DNA from: an uncultured Lewinella sp.
GTDB taxonomy: Bacteria > Bacteroidota > Bacteroidia > Chitinophagales > Saprospiraceae
DNA: 59,415 nucleotides
Direction: 5' to 3'
Assembly: GCA_913056515.1 (NCBI GenBank)
Contig: CAJXMP010000001.1
Span: forward strand, 1-59,415
The notes below the pieces were generated by a model, which had not been told where the DNA came from, made no database searches, and was given only the letters and a program-made list of their open reading frames with translations. Both the position numbers and the translations under genes were made by a program. Every line of letters begins with the position of its first letter. Position 1 is the first letter of the stretch. Shown in pieces: positions 57,012 to 59,415 of the stretch.

Positions 57012-58118
57012 ATGACCATGGATCAAAAAGATAGTTTATTAGGTGTTGTTGGGGCTGTATACAGATGGCGAAAGCAAATCATTGGTGTTTCTTTTGCGGT
57101 TGCTGTCTTGACAGCAGGCGTTTCGTTATTGCTTCCTAATTATTTCAAGTCTACCACTATTTTTTATGCTGCTAGTCCAGATTTAGCTAGCCCTGAAGCT
57201 TTATTTGGTAAGTCCAATGAGTCTATGGATTATTATGGGGAAGATGAGGATGTAGATCGTATTATGACCATTGCGAAATCTAATGAATTGAAAGATTTTT
57301 TGATCGCTAAATACAATTTGTACGAGCATTACGAGATTGACAGCACACATATCAAAGCTAAGTTTAAGATCTACGAAAGATTAGAGAAACTGTATGCTGT
57401 TGAAAAAACGAAGTTCGATGCTATTGAATTGAGTTTTGAGGATAAGGATAAGGCTTTAGCTACTTCTATGGCTAATGATGCGCGATTGAAAATTGATGAG
57501 ATAGGACAGCGGTTGATTAAGCAGTCTCAAGAGCAGGTACTTAAAACATACGATGAGAATATTAGGATAAAAGTAGAAGAATTAAATATTCTGAATGATA
57601 GTATTCGTTTTGTTAGACAGAAGTATGGGGTATATAACCCAGTGACTCAATCCGAGCAATTATCTACATTCACTGCTCGTGCTAACTCTAAACTTCAGCA
57701 GGATAAAGCTAAGTTAAGTGCCTATGAAAAAATGGCTAGTCCAAATAAGGATTCATTACTCATCGTAAAGTCCCGAATCAAGGGTGCACAGGAAGAACTC
57801 AAGCAACTAGCCTATACCACCTCAGAATTTAATAAAGGGATGGCTACCGTTGAAGTATTAGCAGAGATACAAGAAGAGAGTTCTAGACAATTGGGAGAGG
57901 ATAAAGAACGATTCAAGCAGATTCAGTCGGCGTATGCCTCTCAATTTCCAACTATTCACACCGTAGAAGCTGCGGAAATTCCAGTAGTTAAAAGTAGACC
58001 AAAAAGAAGTATACTGGTTGTTTTAGCAGGTGCATTGACCTTCTTTTTTCTTTCTTTAGGAGCTATCTTAATTGAAGCGTATAAAGAAGTGGATTGGAAG
58101 GATGTTCTTAAGTCATAA
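57012..58118 (+). CDS. Polysaccharide chain-length determinant (Wzz/GumC-like) protein
   Basis: 368 aa. N- and C-terminal TM helices bracket a long coiled-coil periplasmic region. Confidence 0.65.
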   Translation: MTMDQKDSLLGVVGAVYRWRKQIIGVSFAVAVLTAGVSLLLPNYFKSTTIFYAASPDLASPEALFGKSNESMDYYGEDEDVDRIMTIAKSNELKDFLIAKYNLYEHYEIDSTHIKAKFKIYERLEKLYAVEKTKFDAIELSFEDKDKALATSMANDARLKIDEIGQRLIKQSQEQVLKTYDENIRIKVEELNILNDSIRFVRQKYGVYNPVTQSEQLSTFTARANSKLQQDKAKLSAYEKMASPNKDSLLIVKSRIKGAQEELKQLAYTTSEFNKGMATVEVLAEIQEESSRQLGEDKERFKQIQSAYASQFPTIHTVEAAEIPVVKSRPKRSILVVLAGALTFFFLSLGAILIEAYKEVDWKDVLKS

Positions 58119-58126
58119 CCACTTGT

Positions 58127-58804
58127 TTACTTAGCTAAAAGCGCACACTCGTAAGCTGGAATTAAAGTCTTTCCTTTAAAATGTTTCTCCGACAGTCTTG
58201 CAAAGATTAAGTCTTGCAGTTCTTCATCATCTGATATGAATTTATCCAGTACTTTTAGCACTTTGAAAAAGCGCTCGGGGTCTTCATTCTGAGGAATGTT
58301 TTTAGCCTCTACAAAGCGCAGTAAGTTTTGAAGTGTTGATAAGTCATACGGCGTGAACTGATCTGGAAAGTTCAAGAATAGGTAAACACATGCCATCCAA
58401 TGATCAGCATCGTGGTAATGACCCAAGTGAAGAGCTTTAGGATGTTGTTTCTTCCAAACAGCATACATTTCATCACAATGAAATTGAAATCTATTCAGTC
58501 GACCGTCTAAGCTATTTTCCTTTCTGTATAGGTCTTTGAATGTCCAACGGGCCATATCTGCATCCATTTTCATGAAGGCTATCATCATTTCTTTGGGAAA
58601 TTTCGCTTCCATGGTCCATAGCCTTTTAGAAGAGCTGTTTTGCAGCGCAAGGTCAAAGTGGTGGGCAAGATCTCCTTCATCTAAATTGAAGTGCTTTTGA
58701 AAATATTCAACACTTTCCCAAAGGTATAGGTGATCAAATTTGGAGGGACTGATTAACCACTTTTTATATTGGCTAATCAGTCCTTTAATGCGTTGTAAAT
58801 TCAT
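58127..58804 (-). CDS. Hypothetical protein resembling the N-terminal domain of McrB-like AAA proteins, with no ATPase
   Basis: 225 aa. The YKKW...LYLWESVEYFQKHFNLDEGDL...LYRKENSLDGRLNRF pattern matches, from memory, the N-terminal module that precedes AAA/GTPase domains in McrB-like proteins. Confidence 0.45.
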   Translation of the reverse strand: MNLQRIKGLISQYKKWLISPSKFDHLYLWESVEYFQKHFNLDEGDLAHHFDLALQNSSSKRLWTMEAKFPKEMMIAFMKMDADMARWTFKDLYRKENSLDGRLNRFQFHCDEMYAVWKKQHPKALHLGHYHDADHWMACVYLFLNFPDQFTPYDLSTLQNLLRFVEAKNIPQNEDPERFFKVLKVLDKFISDDEELQDLIFARLSEKHFKGKTLIPAYECALLAK

Positions 58805-58827
58805 GGTAGAATCCGCTTACTGTGAGA

Positions 58828-59415
58828 TTAGGCCTTTATTTTTTCTTGAACCATGTTTCGGATCTCAGCTTCTAGGGCATCTGCTTGCTCGGTCATTTTT
58901 TGTCCTGCTTCCAGCGTCTCTTTTACAAAGCTTTTATCTTCTAGATCCATAGCATTGATTTGGACATTCATGTAAGCTCCATGGACGGCTGCGCGCGCAC
59001 AAAGTGCCCCAACGCCTGCATCTGTAACAGAATTGGGGTTACCAAAATCTGCCATAGCTTTGATTACTTCAAATGAAGCCAATGAGGCTTGCATAACTGT
59101 AAAGGGTACTTCAATGGCGTATTTAGTAGCATCTTGGATAGCTTGAGCTCTAGTAGCTTTTTCTGCTTCACTACTTTTGGGCAATCTAATGGCCTGAATA
59201 ATACCATTGAATGAACGCGTATCCTCATCTACTAATTGGAGTAATTGGTTTTTGATTGCTTGACCTTTTGCTGCCCACTCACCAAACTCTTCCCATCTAT
59301 CATCCCAAACTCTTCTATTAGCAGATAAGTTGGCTACCATAGTTCCTAGGGAAATACCAAGAGCACCAACATAAGCTGAGATTGATCCTCCACCAGGTGC
59401 TGGACTTTCGGAAGC
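58828..59415 (-). CDS. Cyclodeaminase/cyclohydrolase (FTCD C-terminal domain) family protein; the 5' end is off the window
   Basis: The reading frame stays open beyond the listed Met at 59340 to the window edge (ASESPAPGGGSISAYVGALGISLGTMVANLS...), the conserved FTCD_C N-terminal motif. Confidence 0.85.
   Translation of the reverse strand, partial: ASESPAPGGGSISAYVGALGISLGTMVANLSANRRVWDDRWEEFGEWAAKGQAIKNQLLQLVDEDTRSFNGIIQAIRLPKSSEAEKATRAQAIQDATKYAIEVPFTVMQASLASFEVIKAMADFGNPNSVTDAGVGALCARAAVHGAYMNVQINAMDLEDKSFVKETLEAGQKMTEQADALEAEIRNMVQEKIKA

Noticed and set aside
1-59415. Scan of the whole window for CRISPR arrays, long tandem repeats, IS inverted repeats, rRNA, tmRNA, RNase P or SRP RNA.
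   Set aside because: By eye I found no regularly spaced repeats, transposase or integrase ORFs, or conserved cores of these RNAs. A computational scan (minced/CRISPRCasFinder, ISEScan, Infernal) would be needed to be certain.

Overview
This 59.4-kb window is AT-rich (about 40% G+C by eye) and densely coding. It looks like core chromosome of a Bacteroidota bacterium. Supporting signs are a type-B T9SS (gliding-motility) C-terminal sorting domain, TAnnTTTG -7 promoter boxes, little Shine-Dalgarno signal, and typical Bacteroidota families (GH3-family, DUF3078-like, FtsX/LolE-like genes). I support about 50 protein genes and one tRNA-Cys(GCA). Most are housekeeping: tgt, rodA, deoC, secA, uvrA, recO, polA, lpxD, mnmG, a futalosine-type radical SAM enzyme, a purine nucleoside phosphorylase, two ABC systems, two cyclophilins, and flippase plus Wzz polysaccharide genes. 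There is also one two-component cluster (hybrid kinase, LytTR regulator, single-domain receiver). I see no CRISPR array, transposase, integrase, phage genes, rRNA or obvious defence island. I could not identify a complete, convincing novel system, and nothing here reaches high confidence as new biology. The best leads are four. (1) The 300-bp gap between tRNA-Cys and the kinase/LytTR operon holds a 12-13-nt direct repeat and a minus-strand promoter-box plus terminator pair, which could be an agr-like regulator/sRNA module. (2) A translationally coupled operon joins a conserved 475-aa protein of unknown function, an M15 peptidase lipoprotein and a thioredoxin-fold protein. (3) A futalosine radical SAM gene is coupled to a PNP gene. 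(4) Several uncharacterised coupled pairs: GH3-family plus a 113-aa protein, a TMTC-like protein plus a secreted NagZ/serine-hydrolase fusion, and a lipoprotein plus T9SS cargo.
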